64,000 nucleotides of DNA, taken from assembly GCA_012295275.1 (NCBI GenBank), contig CM022676.1, forward strand, positions 7,936,001 through 8,000,000, written 5' to 3'. A program made the translations under genes and the position numbers. Of the stretch, positions 25,293-40,045 are shown piece by piece; position 1 is the stretch's first letter, and each line of letters starts with the position of its first letter. The stretch is from Chrysomallon squamiferum. Taxonomy: Eukaryota > Animalia > Mollusca. The notes beneath the pieces were generated by a model. It was not told the origin of the DNA and ran no database searches. It worked only from the letters and a program-made list of their open reading frames with translations.

Positions 25293-27502
25293 TAAACAAT
25301 AAAGAAGAAAACAAGTTTATTTGTTAATCATACGATTCTTAAGGCACTTTCCTGAAAAATATAGGAAGGTTAAATTGTTAAATGTTTAAATTAAGAGATA
25401 TATTCAGTTTCTACAGTCACACCAGATTTGAACTGTGTAAATAATTACTTCTGAACTGCTTATCGAGAATTTCTATCATTCATTACCACTGTGTGACTGT
25501 GACTTGTAACTATTTTAAAATCATGGGATATTTTTCATGTAAAATTAACCTATTTACATACATACACATTACAAAAAGAAAAATCTCAATAATGCCTTCC
25601 CGCAACGATGTCCAAGAGATGAAATACAGGTTGACTATATTTGCAGTTTTCTGTACTAACAAGAGTTCCCGTTCTAGTATCTTGTAACCCATATTTATCC
25701 AAAGTTTCATTTTTTGGTGATACTTTTGAGTTTTTCATATTTTTATAGTCAGTTTATAGATTTAGAGCGTACGAATGGGTTTTTCGTACTGAAATAAACG
25801 GCTTGGATTCCATTTAAAATATACGAATAAATGTTATCACATCAAAACTACAAAAGAATATTTATTACCAAAACAAATGAAGAAACGACATCTGACACTG
25901 TAATATATTGTGCATCATGCTTTTTAAAAACATTGTTCGAGACAGGAAGTGTTCAATCCGTGGAGGTCTAGAGTTGATACTAGTTATTAATTTAATTATT
26001 TATTTTTGTTTTGTTTTTTTTTTGTTTTTTGGTTATATCCTAATCTGTTAATGCATTACTAAAACATAACTTTTAGTAAACTTACCTCTTTTGTACTGGA
26101 CATTTTTTAGTCATTTTTTTTTCTTTATCCACGTTTGGATACTTCTACAAATGTACAGCAGATGTAAATAGTTCATTTTACATAATATCCAGACTTAAAA
26201 GTTATTCAGGATGAGGAATAACAAAAAAAAATAAACATTGCATATTGTTGCATTTTTTATCTGGTAAAGTGATAGAAAATGTGTTAAACAAATTGTGAGC
26301 AATCAGTTAGAACAGGAAATGGCCCAAGGAATCTGATGCAACTACTAAACTAGTGTGTACTATGTTTTGTTAATTATATTATATAACGTTATCATATAGC
26401 AGGTTTGTATGTCCGCGATTATATATATATATATTTTTCTTTGTGATAGTAAACAAATTATCTAATTAGCTGTTATATTTTCCCTTCGTACTCGAAAATA
26501 AATGTTTTAATTTTTGTAATCTAAATGTGTCTGTGTGTCTTTCACACTTTCGATTCTTGAACTTCAACCATTCTGATTTTACACACCTCTCTTTTTTTTC
26601 TATAATTCTGTACTTTTCTGTTTCTCTGAGTTTTCTTTCATTCTTGATGTTACTGTATCCATACATCCGTCCATCGATCCATCCATCAGCTCACTGTCTA
26701 GCTATCTGTAAATATATAATTTTGTATGTAAGAACGTATGTGTACATATATATATATATACATACATAGATACATGCACATAAAATACATACATACGTAC
26801 ATGTATTTATCAGCGTCTGAGTTAATGTCATTTACCAAATGTGAAATCTGGTTGGAGTCGACGTTTATGTATGGATGATGATTAAGACTCGGAAAGAATT
26901 AAACGTGGATAAATAGTCCTAATTTCCTTAAACTAATTTATTACTTGTATGACTGTGTAACAACAGGTATATATTGTGCCCGGAACACATTAATATAGTG
27001 AATTAATGATTACGTTGATAACACAGTACACGTTAATAGAGTGAATTCATGATTATTTTGATAGGGCCAGATTATAACTAAAATTATAATTTAATAACTC
27101 TTGGTTTTTATATTCTATTCCTAACTACTTTAGTTGTAGGTTTTCTGTATATTATTTTCTTATACGCTGAACGTCAGTAGTTTCTTATTCTGATGCAGAG
27201 CATTATCTACCTTAAAGGGAAAAGAAAAACAGTGTTAGTTATATAGTAAAGTCATACAGTATAATACAGTACTATACACATAATATAATATTATACGATA
27301 TGATATCATACCAACACAATAGAAAAAATACAATAACTTGTTAAAAGTATTAGGTGTTTTGGGTTACATTTTTTTCTCCGTCTTCTTTAGTGTATAAAGA
27401 AATTATATAGGGAAAACGCAGAACAAAATATAATCCAAAACGCCAAAGATTCTTTCTGCCAAGTTATTGTATTCGTGTTTGGTTTATACCGGAATATGTG
27501 TG

Positions 27503-27612
<110 letters not shown>

Positions 27613-27806
27613 CGTGTGTGTTTGTGTGTGTGTGTGTGAACGTGTGTGTGTGTGTGTCTGTGTCTGTTTAAAGTGTATATTTACATATCTGTAAGTAATA
27701 CATCTAACTGCGTGTGTGTGTATCTCTATAACGTATATAATTATATAAAAATGTACAATACGTTTCTGTTTTCTTTTCTTGGTGTGTTTGTTTGTTGTTG
27801 TTGTTG

Positions 27807-27861
<55 letters not shown>

Positions 27862-28264
27862 GTGTGTTATTGTTATTATTATTATTATTAGTAGTAGTAG
27901 TAGTAGTAGTAATATTTTATAGTTTACAGTTCATTAGAAAAATCATTTCTTTTTTTTTTATTATTTTGTTTTTCCTCTGAGATTTGTTATATGGTGGAGT
28001 ATTGTTAATCATTAATTCATTCATTCATTCATCTGGCTTTCTTTTCTCAGTGTGTTGTTCTGTGAATTGACACATACTTCCATCCATGAGTCTATCCTCG
28101 AAATGCATGCCCACTTACATAGATTTAATATACTAGCACACTTACACATATTTAATATACTAGCACACTTACATAGTAGAAACCAAAACAAGGAAGAAAT
28201 TAAAACGAAAGTACCTAAGAAAGTATAATTTTTATTAACGGTAGTTAAAACTAAAATACTGAAA

Positions 28265-28322
28265 ATGAGTTGTAAGTTGTTCTGTGCGTTCGTGTTGCTG
28301 GAATGTGTATTGTACGTACACG
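28265..28322 (+). CDS. g3 alternative leader exon a
   Basis: MSCKLFCAFVLLECVLYVHG|gtatgt. Confidence 0.6.
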
Positions 28323-29370
28323 GTATGTATTTTATATTTATGTTATGTATCTCTATCTGAAATGATCTCATTTAGTAAATGTGAAATAGAGAGAAGTCGC
28401 CATTACGTATGGATTACGGTTATGATCCGGAAAGTAGAAAACTTGCATAAATAGTCCTAATTTCGTGATTACGTTGATAACGAAGAACACATTAATGCAG
28501 TGAATTAATGCTTACGTTGATAACACAGATCACATTAATACAGTGAATTCATGATTACGTTGATGGGATCACTTCATAAATAAAATTATGATTTAATAAC
28601 ACTTCATTTCTTACTGGCAATTAATTTATATATTTGTTTCCTAACCAACTTAGATGTAGGCTTTCTCTATATAATTTCTCTGTATACTAGATAGCAGAAG
28701 TTTCTTTTTCTTATTTTAATTTTTGACGCGAAACATTACATGGGTTAAACGCAAATGAAAAGCAGTTATGATTATGTAAAGTAATCTAATATAATATAAT
28801 ATGGTACAATATGATATTATAAGACGCAATGTAGTGTAACATAATTCGGTGTTAAGTAATGTATTTCACTGTAAAATAATATCGGAGAGTGATTATTAAA
28901 TTATCAACTATATATAAAATGAATTATAGTGTATCATTATAACCTAGGCACCATGGATGTTTGTCAAGTTTTGTATCTTAAATTGACTGATCAGTTTCAC
29001 TCTGGTGTGCTGTAACTAACTCTACACTCTAATCAAATCCAGCCATGCATGGGAGAAGACGCACAAAAATACGTAACCCAGAATACCTTATACGCCTTCT
29101 GCCAATTTACTGTATCTTTTTCGGTTTTGTTCAGTTTAAACGGGAGTGACTGTGTGTGTCAGTGTGTGTGTTTGTCAGTGTGTGTGTGTGTGTGTGTATG
29201 TGTGTTTATAAATATATATATCTGTCCGTAATAGATCTAAGTCGGTAAAGTCCGTGTGTGTAAACACCTATATCATATACAATTATATAAATATGTTACA
29301 GGGTTTTGGGGGGTTTCTTTTGTTTTCTTAATCATCATGATTATTATCATCAATATCATCATCATCATCA

Positions 29371-29414
<44 letters not shown>

Positions 29415-29910
29415 CGTCGAACAAACAACACTCATTCAATAGTTTACAGTTTATTAAGAAAAAATCATCTCTTAATTTTCTCTTTCTCTCTCAGATTTGT
29501 TTTTGCTGAGTAGTGTTAATCATTTATTCATTCATCTGTCTTTCTTTCTATCTGTGTGTTGATCTGTGAATTGACATATTCTTCCACCCATCAGTCTATC
29601 CTCGAAATGCATGCGCACTTACACAGATTTAAAATACAAGCACACTTGATAAAAATAACTACCTCTGTCGCCATAGTGATTTTGTTAATTTCTAACATTT
29701 GTAAAACAAGAAGTAAATTTTCCTATTCTGAAGTGAAAACATTTCATGAATATTCGAAGACAAAGAAGTAACGCATAATACAAACGTAGTGTTGACGAGA
29801 ATTTCTATATTTAGATACTTAGTAGAAACCAAAACAAGGAAGAAATTAAAACGAAAGTAGCTTAGAAGGTATACTTTTTATTAACGGCAGTTAAAACTAA
29901 AATACTGAAA

Positions 29911-29968
29911 ATGAGTTGTAAGTTGTTCTGTGCGTTCGTGTTGCTGGAATGTGTATTGTACGTACACG
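29911..29968 (+). CDS. g3 alternative leader exon b
   Basis: MSCKLFCAFVLLECVLYVHG|gtatgt. Confidence 0.6.
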
Positions 29969-30113
29969 GTATGTATTTTATATTTATATTATTAATCTCT
30001 ATCTGAAGTGACCTCATGTAGTAAATGTGAAATCAGAGAGAAGTCGCCATTACGTATGGATGACGGCTATGATCCGGAATGTAGAAAATTTGCATAAATA
30101 GTCCTAATTTCAT

Positions 30114-30297
30114 GATTACGTTGATAAAGCAGTACACATTAATACAGTGAATTCAGGATTACGTTGATAAGGCAGTACAAGTTAATACAGTGAACTGATG
30201 ATTACGTTCATAACGAAGAACACATTAATACTGTCAATTCAGGATTACGTTGATAACACAGAACACATTAATACAGTGAATTCAGGATTACGTCGAT
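30114..30297. repeat. 43-bp minisatellite (gattacgttgataa..cacattaatacagtgaattca)
   Basis: Unit starts at 30114, 30157, 30200, 30243 and 30286; fewer units in the paralogous positions ~28467 and ~31886. Confidence 0.85.
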
Positions 30298-31109
30298 GGG
30301 ATCACTTCATAACTAAAATTATGATTTAATAACACTTAATTTCTTACTGGCAATTAATTTATATATTTGTTTCCTAACCAGCTTAGATGTAGGCTTTCTC
30401 TATATAATTTCTCTATATACTAGATAGCAGAAGTTTCTTTTTCTTTTTTTAATTTTTGACGCGAAACATTATATGGGTTAAACGCAAATGAAAAGCAGTT
30501 ATGATTATGTAAAGTAATCTAATATAATATAATATGGTACAATATGATATTATAAGACGCAATGTAGTGTAACATAATTCGGTGTTAAGTAATGTATTTC
30601 ACTGTAAAATAATATCGGAGAGTGATTATTAAATTATCAACTATATATAAAATGAATTACAGTGTATCATTATAACCTAGGCACCATGGATGTTTGTCAA
30701 GTTTTGTATCTTAAATTGACTGATCAGTTTCACTCTGGTGTGCTGTAACTAACTCTACACTCTAATCAAATCAAGCCATGCATGCGAGAAGACGCACAAA
30801 AACATGTAACCCAGAATACCTTATACGCCTTCTGCCAATTTACTGTATCTTTTTCGGTTTTGTTCAGTTTAAACGGGAGTGACTGTGTGTGTCAGTGTGT
30901 GTGTTTGTCAGTGTGTGTGTGTGTGTGTGTATGTGTGTTTATAAATATATATATCTGTCCGTAATAGATCTAAGTCGGTAAAGTCCGTGTGTGTAAACAC
31001 CTATATCATATACAATTACATAAATATGTTACAGGGTTTTGGGGGGTTTCTTTTGTTTTCTTAATCATCATGATCATTATCATCAATATCATCATCATCA
31101 TCATCATCA

Positions 31110-31176
<67 letters not shown>

Positions 31177-31682
31177 TATTATTATACGTCGAACAAACAA
31201 CACTCATTCAATAGTTTACAGTTTATTAAGAAAAAATCATCTCTTAATTTTCTCTTTCTCTCTCAGATTTGTTTTTGCTGAGTAGTGTTAATCATTTATT
31301 CATTCATCTGTCTTTCTTTTTATCAGTGTGTTGATCTGTGAATTAACACATTCTTCCACCCATCAGTCTATCCTCGAAATGCATGCGCACTTACATAGAT
31401 TTAAAATACTAGCACACTTGATAAAAATAACTACCTCTGCCGCCATATTGATTTTGTTAATTGCTAATATTTGTAAAACAAGAAGTAAATTTTCCTATTC
31501 TGAAGTGAAAACATTTCGTGAATATTCGAATACAAAGAAGTAACGCATAATACAAACGTAGTGCTGACGAGAATTTTTATATTTAGATGCTTAGTAGAAA
31601 CCAAAACAAGGAAGAAATTAAAACGAAAGTAGCTTAAAAGGTATAATTTTTATTAACGACAGTTAAAACTAAAATACTGAAA

Positions 31683-31740
31683 ATGAGTTGTAAGTTGTTC
31701 TGTGTGTTCGTCTTGCTGGGATGTGTATTGTACGTACACG
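31683..31740 (+). CDS. g3 proximal signal-peptide exon
   Basis: MSCKLFCVFVLLGCVLYVHG|gtatgt. Confidence 0.78.
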
Positions 31741-32584
31741 GTATGTATTTTATATTTATATTATTTATCTCTATGTGAAGTGATCTCATTTAGGAAATGT
31801 GAAATAAGAGAGAGGTCGCCATTACGTATGGATGACGGTTATTATCCGGAATGTAGAAAGTTTTCATAAATAGTCCTAATTTCGTGATTACGTTTATAAC
31901 GCAGTACACCTTAATCCAGACAATTCAGGATTACGTTGATAAGACAGATCACATTAATACCGTGAATTCATGATTATAATGATGGGATCACTTCATAAAT
32001 AAAATTGTGATTTAATAACACTTCATTTCTTACTGGGAATTAATTTATATATTTGTTTCCTAACCAGCTTAGATGTAGGCTTTCTCTATATAATTTCTCT
32101 GTATACTAGACAGCAGAAGTTTCTTTTTCTTTATTTAATTTTTGACGCAAAACGTTACATAGGTTAAACGCAAATGAAAAGCAATTATGATTATATAAAG
32201 TAATTTAATACAATATAATATAATATGATACAATATGATATTATATGACGTAATGTAGTGTAATATAAATCAGTGTTAAGTAATGTATCTCACTGTAAAA
32301 TAATATCTGACAGTGATTATTAAATTATCAACTATATATAAAATGAATTACAGTGTATCATTATAACCTAGGCACTAAGCATGTTTGTCAAGTTTTGTAT
32401 CTTAAATTGTGACGTGACTGATCAGTTTCACTCTGTTATGTTGTAACTCTACACTCTAATCAAATCCAGCCATGCATCCGAGAGGACGCACAAAATATGT
32501 AACCCAGCATATCTTATATGCCTTCTGCCAATTTACTGTATTTTGTTCTGTTGTGTTCGGTTTAAACGGGAGTGCTTGTTTGTG

Positions 32585-32667
<83 letters not shown>

Positions 32668-34582
32668 GTATATATCTGTACGTAATAGGTCTAAGTCGGT
32701 AAAGTCCGTGTGTGTATACACCTATATAATATATAATTACATAAATATGTTACAAAAAGATAAAAACACAAAAGTGTTAATTTAATTTGTTTATTTATTT
32801 TATTTATTTTCATTTATTTTTTTACTATTTTATTTTATTTTATTTCTAATTTAAGGTCAGCATTATAAATTAAAAACATCAGGAAGATATGCAATTGTTG
32901 GATCACCTTTTACTTTTACCTGTCAAGGAAATGGTTCTCCTATAATTACCTGGTTTGCGAATAATACAGAATACAGGATGAAAGTACAGGGAAAATACGG
33001 TCACTGTGAATTGTTTGGTGAACATCCAAAAGAATACAACTTTTTTTGTTCCGATGTTTTAAATATCCTGATAATAAAATATGTCAAACTCAGTCAACAA
33101 GGAACTGTGTGGAGATGTGGAGATGATGGAGGACACAGCAATGAAATAAAACTTGAAGTGAGAGGTAAAATTAACTTAATTATTATTAATATTATTATTG
33201 TACCTATTACATGTTGTCAAAAAAAAAGCAACGAAATAAAACTGAAAGTGAGAATAAAAATATGTACTCTTAATGATAACAGCGATAAATTTAATAAAAC
33301 AAAACAGTTCTGGAAGTCAGACGTATTATTAGTTTATGTTTATAATTATCTTTCTAGGAAATATGTACTTTTAATTAGAATTAAAATCTCAGTAAAATGA
33401 AACAATGCTGTAACTCAATTGTTTTTTCTGTGTTATGTCTATAATTATCATTTTAAGAAATATGTACTGTTGCTGATAAGTAAACAATACATATCAATAA
33501 AAGACAATAATACGTCAAAAACCTTTATTTTTATAGATTATAATTACAGGTGATAAGACTTATTAGTGTATTTTAACTTTTAAGTCAGTTTATATTTTTA
33601 CATGAAAAGGTGTCCAGCCTAATTATATGCTTAAACAGATACGTACGTAAAAAATAACTTACGTATATGAAGATATATTTTTGAAATAATACATGTGTTC
33701 ATATTTATATATAGAATATTTTAAATTTAAGCTTGAAGTGAGAGGTAAAATTAACTTAATTATTATTAATATTATTGTTGTACCTATTAAATGTTGTTTC
33801 AAAAAAGCAATGAAATAAATCTGAAAGTGAGAGGTAAAATTAAGTTATTTATTATTAATATTATTATTGTACCTATTAAATGTTGTTTAAGTAAGTAATG
33901 AAAATAGGCTTTAAGTGAAACTGAAAGTGAGAAGTAAAAATATGTACTGTTAGTGATAACTAAGCGATAAACTGAATAAATCAAGATAGTACTGGAAGTC
34001 AGACGTGTTATCTGTTTTATGTTTATAATTATTTTTCTAGGAAATATGTACTTTTAATAAAAATTAAAATCTCAGTCAAACAAAACCATACTGTAGCTCA
34101 GTTGTTTTATCAGATGTATGTCAATAATTTTCATTTTAGGAGATAAGTACTGTTAATGGTAATTAAACAATATACTCAATAAAATAAAACAATACTTGAA
34201 ATCAGAGATCAAAAATCTTTATTGTTTATAAATTATAATTTCTAATATATTTTAACATTAAAGTAAGTATATATTCTTACATGAAAATATGTCCAGCATA
34301 ATTATACGCTTAAACAGATACGTACGTATACACTAACTAACTTATCTGCAGATATATTTTTTAAATTAATTTAGTAGTAGTAGTAGTATCACAACTATCA
34401 ACATTATCTTCATAATAACAAAAATAATAAGAAGAAATAGAAGAAGGAGAAGAAGAAAAAGAGGAAGAATAATGACAACAACAACAGTATCAGCAGCGAT
34501 AAGAATAATAATGATGGCTATGATGAGGAGAATCATGTTGATAATTACAAAAATTTACTTTTTAGCTTTTATTTATTTATTT

Positions 34583-34627
<45 letters not shown>

Positions 34628-35030
34628 TTATTTGTTATTATTATTTTTTTTATTTTTTTATTTATTTGTTTATTTATTTATTTGTTTGTTTGTTTTTTTT
34701 TTTATTTATTTTTTTTTTTTTTATCTATCACAGACGGTCCCGGTAGCTCACTTCGAGTCAATTCTTCATCTGACATCACTGTGGAGGAAGGAAATGACGT
34801 CACAATATCATGCGAAGCTGACTGTTTTATCAAATGCCTTTACAGATGGGAACTGACCAGTCAGACTCTCAGTAACAACGGACTACTAGCACTGACTAAT
34901 ATCACGAGACGTCAAGATGGCGTCTACACATGCATTGCTGTTAATCCGGATACAAACCAAACAGCACATAAACAAATTATTATTAATGTTGAGAGTAAGT
35001 TTTAATTCGTTTTATTTCGCATCTAATGAC

Positions 35031-35126
<96 letters not shown>

Positions 35127-36174
35127 ATGTGTGTCTATATATTGTATATATGTGTGTATGTATGTATGTATACATGTATGTGTATGTATCTATGTATGAA
35201 TATATACACACACACACACATTCTCTCTTACATAATTATATATTTACAAATATTTAGATAGTGAGTTTGTGCTTGGATGAAAGGATGGACGCATCTGTGG
35301 ATAGACTGACGTAATGAATGAAAGAAAAATCAGACAGAGAAACTGATGGACACAGACAGAGTTACGGATAAATAGAGAATTATAGAAAAGAAAAGAGATG
35401 TGTAAAATCAGAATGGTTGATGTAGAAAGTGTGAAATAAATAAATAAACAAACAATAATTAACTGAAAGATACCTTAACTAAGGAAATAAAAAAAACTAG
35501 CTACTCTCTGATGATATATTAATAATAGCAAATACAAATTACCTGCCTATTTAATGTTTATAAATAATATATTAATTTAATCTCACGTATTTATTTTTAT
35601 TAATGAATTTTCAGGCGCTGTTAAAGTCAGCAGTCATCTTGGAACAGGAATTGGCATCGGTTTTGGAACTTGCTTTGCTCTGTTCGTTATTATCATTGTC
35701 GTTGTTCTCTTCTTCCGATACACAAAAAGTATTTATTTGTTTATTTATTTATTTGTTTGTTTGTTTGTTTAATTTTATTGTCTATTCTTTATTTATTTGT
35801 TTGTTTGTTTGTTTAATTTTATTGTCTATTCTTTATTTATTTGTTTGTTTGTTTGTTTAATTGTATTGTCTATTCTTTATTTATTTATTCATTCATCATT
35901 TTGTTCGTTCGCTCATTTATTCATTCATTCATGCCATTGTTTCTTTATTGTTTGTATGTTTATTTGTTTCATTTTTATTTTATTGTTTTGATTTTATATT
36001 CTTTCTTTATGTATTCTTTCATCCATTTGCTCGTGCGTTTATTATTTCCTTCATTTTTTTTTGTTTCTTTATTAGTATGTACATTTGCTGATATGTTTTA
36101 GTATTTGAATTACACTTTCCTATAATGCCACCTGATAATGATATGGCTGACATAAATTAAAAAAATATATATTA

Positions 36175-36207
<33 letters not shown>

Positions 36208-36600
36208 AGGAGAAATAATGGCTACTTCGAACCAGGAAAGGTAAATTGATTAATATATTTCTATTACTGATCTTTCTATCTGTAAAGTATATTCATGTGT
36301 CTATGTATATATCTATGTATGTATGTGTATGTATTTCTGTATGTACGTATGTGTGTGTATGTACATGTCTACGTATATAATATGTATGTGTGTATATAAT
36401 ATATGTATGTATGAGGAGTGTAAGATATGTGTATAGGTATGTGTGTTTGCATTCCTTTGTTTTCCTCGGATTATTACATCAATGTCTGTGTAATACATAT
36501 TGTTTAACTTTTATAAAAATATATTTTTGTGTGTGTGTCAAATTTCAGAATCAGCACAAATGAACATGATTGGTACAGTGTTGTTTCGGATTCTGGTAAG

Positions 36601-36660
<60 letters not shown>

Positions 36661-37576
36661 TAGACACATCCACACACTCTTACACAATGCACAGCGATGT
36701 TTACCTCGTGTGTCAGTGTCTTTCCGAATGTTGTCTATGTGCAGATTCTTATCAGAGAATATAAGTCAGAGAATATTCAAATCCTAAAATACTCAAAAAT
36801 ACATAAATAAATGCATATTCATACACATACTTACTATGTGTACCTATGTACATACACACATCGATGTATCTCTAAAAACACATCCTTATGTGTATATGCA
36901 TAGAGTGAGAGATGAGTTATATGTAAAAACATACACTTAAACATTCACTTTTTAAATTGTTATACATTTGAGTTTTTGTGCTCGCACTCGTGTATTTGTA
37001 TATGTGGTTTATTTTATATATATATATATATTGTTTATATATTGTTTTATATATATTGTTCTGTTGTAGAAATGTATATTTTATAAATCTGTGAACGCTT
37101 CTATATAATGTTTATAATATATATATATGTACTCACACACACATACACGTATTAATGCGATTATTGTTATCTATGCACGATCATTATATAAATGAAAACA
37201 TAATTACATTCCATTTTCAGATAAGGAGACTGCACCAGCAGCTGAACATGAAGATACAGAGAATCCATATTCTTCTATAGAGAAAAGACTAAATGACGCC
37301 CGAGAAACCGTCATAACGCCTGATAGTAAGTGAATTGATATTAATGAATGGTAAAGAAGAAAACAAATATTGTTTCTTAATCATAGGCCTCGTCAGACAC
37401 TTTGACAAAAAAAGAAACAAGGTTAATGAAATATAAAGCTAAATTCTGTAGACAACAAACTAAAACTGAATATCAAATCCGAACTAGCCTGTATACATAC
37501 ATACATACATACACATCGAAACAGCTATAGAAACACATTCTTACGTCTGTGTTTATGTATGTATGTGTGTGTGTTT

Positions 37577-37657
<81 letters not shown>

Positions 37658-37971
37658 CAGATATGTATATAAATAGATAGGTATATATACAGATAGAGAT
37701 AATATATATATATATACACTTAATCATACTGACTTTTTAAGTTATATGTGTGTATGCGCGAGTGTGTATTTATTTATATATACACACGCATACACATACA
37801 TTATTGCGATTATTGTTTACCTCCATACATGACAACTTTTATATAAACTAAAACATAATTTCATTTCATGTTTCAGACAATCAGACAGAGAGGCCAACTT
37901 TATATCAAGATACGGAGAATCCTTATTATCCAGTATACATCCAACGCGCTCCTGCTACAAGAAATAAGTGA
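31683..37971 (+). CDS. g3: 2-Ig-domain (A+D) type I receptor (multi-exon gene span)
   Basis: L 31683-31740, A 32856-33164, D 34734-34994, TM 35615-35728, tail exons 36210-36240, 36549-36595, 37221-37325, 37877-37971; open and in phase. Confidence 0.82.
32856..33164 (+). CDS. g3 exon A, V-like Ig
   Basis: 309 nt; FTFTCQGNGSPIITWFANN..GTVWRCGDDGGHSNEIKLEVR. Confidence 0.87.
34734..34994 (+). CDS. g3 exon D, C2-like Ig
   Basis: 261 nt; SCEADCFIKCLYRW..QDGVYTCIAVNP. Confidence 0.87.
35615..35728 (+). CDS. g3 transmembrane exon
   Basis: AVKVSSHLGTGIGIGFGTCFALFVIIIVVVLFFRYTK. Confidence 0.83.
36210..36240 (+). CDS. g3 micro-exon
   Basis: 31 nt; REIMATSNQE. Confidence 0.65.
36549..36595 (+). CDS. 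g3 47-nt tail exon
   Basis: ISTNEHDWYSVVSDS (ITIM -2 position is D, non-canonical). Confidence 0.68.
37221..37325 (+). CDS. g3 105-nt tyrosine-module exon
   Basis: DKETAPAAEHEDTENPYSSIEKRLNDARETVITPD. Confidence 0.75.
37877..37971 (+). CDS. g3 terminal exon (NPxY)
   Basis: NNQTERPTLYQDTENPYYPVYIQRAPATRNK*. Confidence 0.7.
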
Positions 37972-40045
37972 ATGATAAAGAAGAAAACAAGTTTATTTGT
38001 AAATCATACTCTTCTTAAGACACATTCCTAAAAAATTAAAAAAGGTTAAATTGTTAAAAGTGACTTTATTAAAATATAAGGACTATATATATTCAGTTTC
38101 TACACTGACACCAAATTTGAACTGTGTAAATAGCTGCCTGTGAAGAAAGTTATAAACATTTCAATGAGTTCCAAATCGCGAATTTCTATCATTCATTACC
38201 ATTGTGTTAACTGTGACCGTAACTAAGTTGAAATTTCGTCAGATTTATCACATAAAATTGACGTATTTACAAACTGACACATTACAAAAAAATAAACAAA
38301 TTTTGGTCAATCGCAGTAATATCTTCCCGCGATGATGTCCAAGAAATGAAATTTTGTTCATATTCGCACTTTTTTTTAGTTTTTTTATTTCTTTCTTTCT
38401 CTGACGTAGGATAATGACCTCAAGAAAGTGTCTCTTTTCTTGCATGACAAAAGAAATGAAGTTCATGTCTGATAATGGAAAAATAAATCTAGATTTACAG
38501 ATATTTATACTAACAAGAACATTTACTCTAGATCTTCTAACCCATATCTAACAAGGTTTCATTGTTTCGTTATACTTTTGAGTTTTTCATATATTTATAA
38601 TAAGTTTAGATTCAATAAGGCATAATTCAATATGACGATTTTATGATGATTTTGTAAAAGCTGAGGAGTGTCCCTCCATATTAGGTTGTTTGGTTTTTTT
38701 TGTATTGAAATAAACGGGTTCGACTTCATTTAACATGTACAAATGCATACTATAACAATAACACTACATTACAAAATAATATTTATTGCGAAAACAATTG
38801 AAGAAATGATATCTGACAATGTAATAAAAGATTTCAATGAAACTGATCTAATCACATATATCTGAACACTTTTGCAAGTCTGAATATGGATGCATTACTA
38901 AAATATTATATTCAATAAATTAGTAAAATTACCTCCTTTGTCATGAAAAGTTATTAGTGATTTGTTTTTTCTTTTTCTCAGCATTCGAAATTTCGAGAAA
39001 TGTACAGCAGATTGTTCATATGACATATTATCCAAACCTAAAAGTTATTCAGAAAGAGGAATCATTAAAAAATAATAAAAATAAATAAAAATAAAAATAA
39101 AAAATAGAAAAGATTTCCATGTTGTTGTTTTCTTTCCTTTTACATACTAAATGAGTTTTCCAATTTTATGTTATACTTTAATGCTTCTCTTCGTACTCAA
39201 AAAATAAAGTTTTTGATTTTTATCTTCCAAGTCTGTTCATCTGTTTGTGTGTATTTTAATTTTAATTTTTTTAATTCACACTTTCTCCATCGATTTTTCT
39301 ACTTCAACCATTGTTTTCTTTTTAGACACCTCTCTTTTTTATTCTATAATTGTCTATTTATGTTACTCTGTCTATGTCCATCTGTTTCTCTATCTGATTT
39401 TTCTTTCATTCTTTACATCACTGTACCCATCCATCCATTCATTCCTCTATCCGTCTATCCACAAATTCATTGTCTAGATATCTGTAAATATATAATTATG
39501 TATGTAAGAACACACACGTGTGTGTGTGTGTGTATATATATATATAGAGAGAGAGAGACACACATATACATACATGTATACATTCATATAGTTATATATA
39601 CAAATATACACACTAACACATCGCTTCACACGTCATTCGTCTGAACCTGGATGACCTTACTGAATGTTTTCTACATGCAGACTCTAATCAGACGTACGTA
39701 AGAAAAAAGGTTTCTCGTTAATCGGGGGTAATTTTATATTCTACCACGAAGCACACCGTTCTTTGTCTTTTGTAGTGTTTGCGTGCATCTATTGTTTCGT
39801 GTTAACCCTTTGGCCCATTGAAAACACGAAACACGCCGTTCTTTGTCCTTTTTAATTTTACGTTGATCTACTGTTTTGTGTCAAAACCCATACATAGCAT
39901 ATATATAAAAACCTATACATAGCATGGCTGTAACTACATTCAGACAAATGAGGCAAATGCCTCATCATGAAATTGAGAATTTGTTGGGGGTTTTAACATC
40001 TAATACGTATTGTAATAATATTAATAATAAATAAGTTATTTTCAC

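Larger units (their letters stand above)
27900..32750. repeat. Triplicated ~1.65-1.77 kb block, each unit carrying a signal-peptide exon
   Basis: Leader ATGs at 28265, 29911 and 31683; ORF-track peptides repeat (29049/30782, 29256/30989, 29556/31328); boundaries approximate. Confidence 0.88.

Noticed and set aside
30114-30297. Regularly spaced repeats resembling a CRISPR array
   Set aside because: Contiguous 43-bp tandem units with no unique spacers, in a eukaryotic intron, with no cas genes; it is a minisatellite
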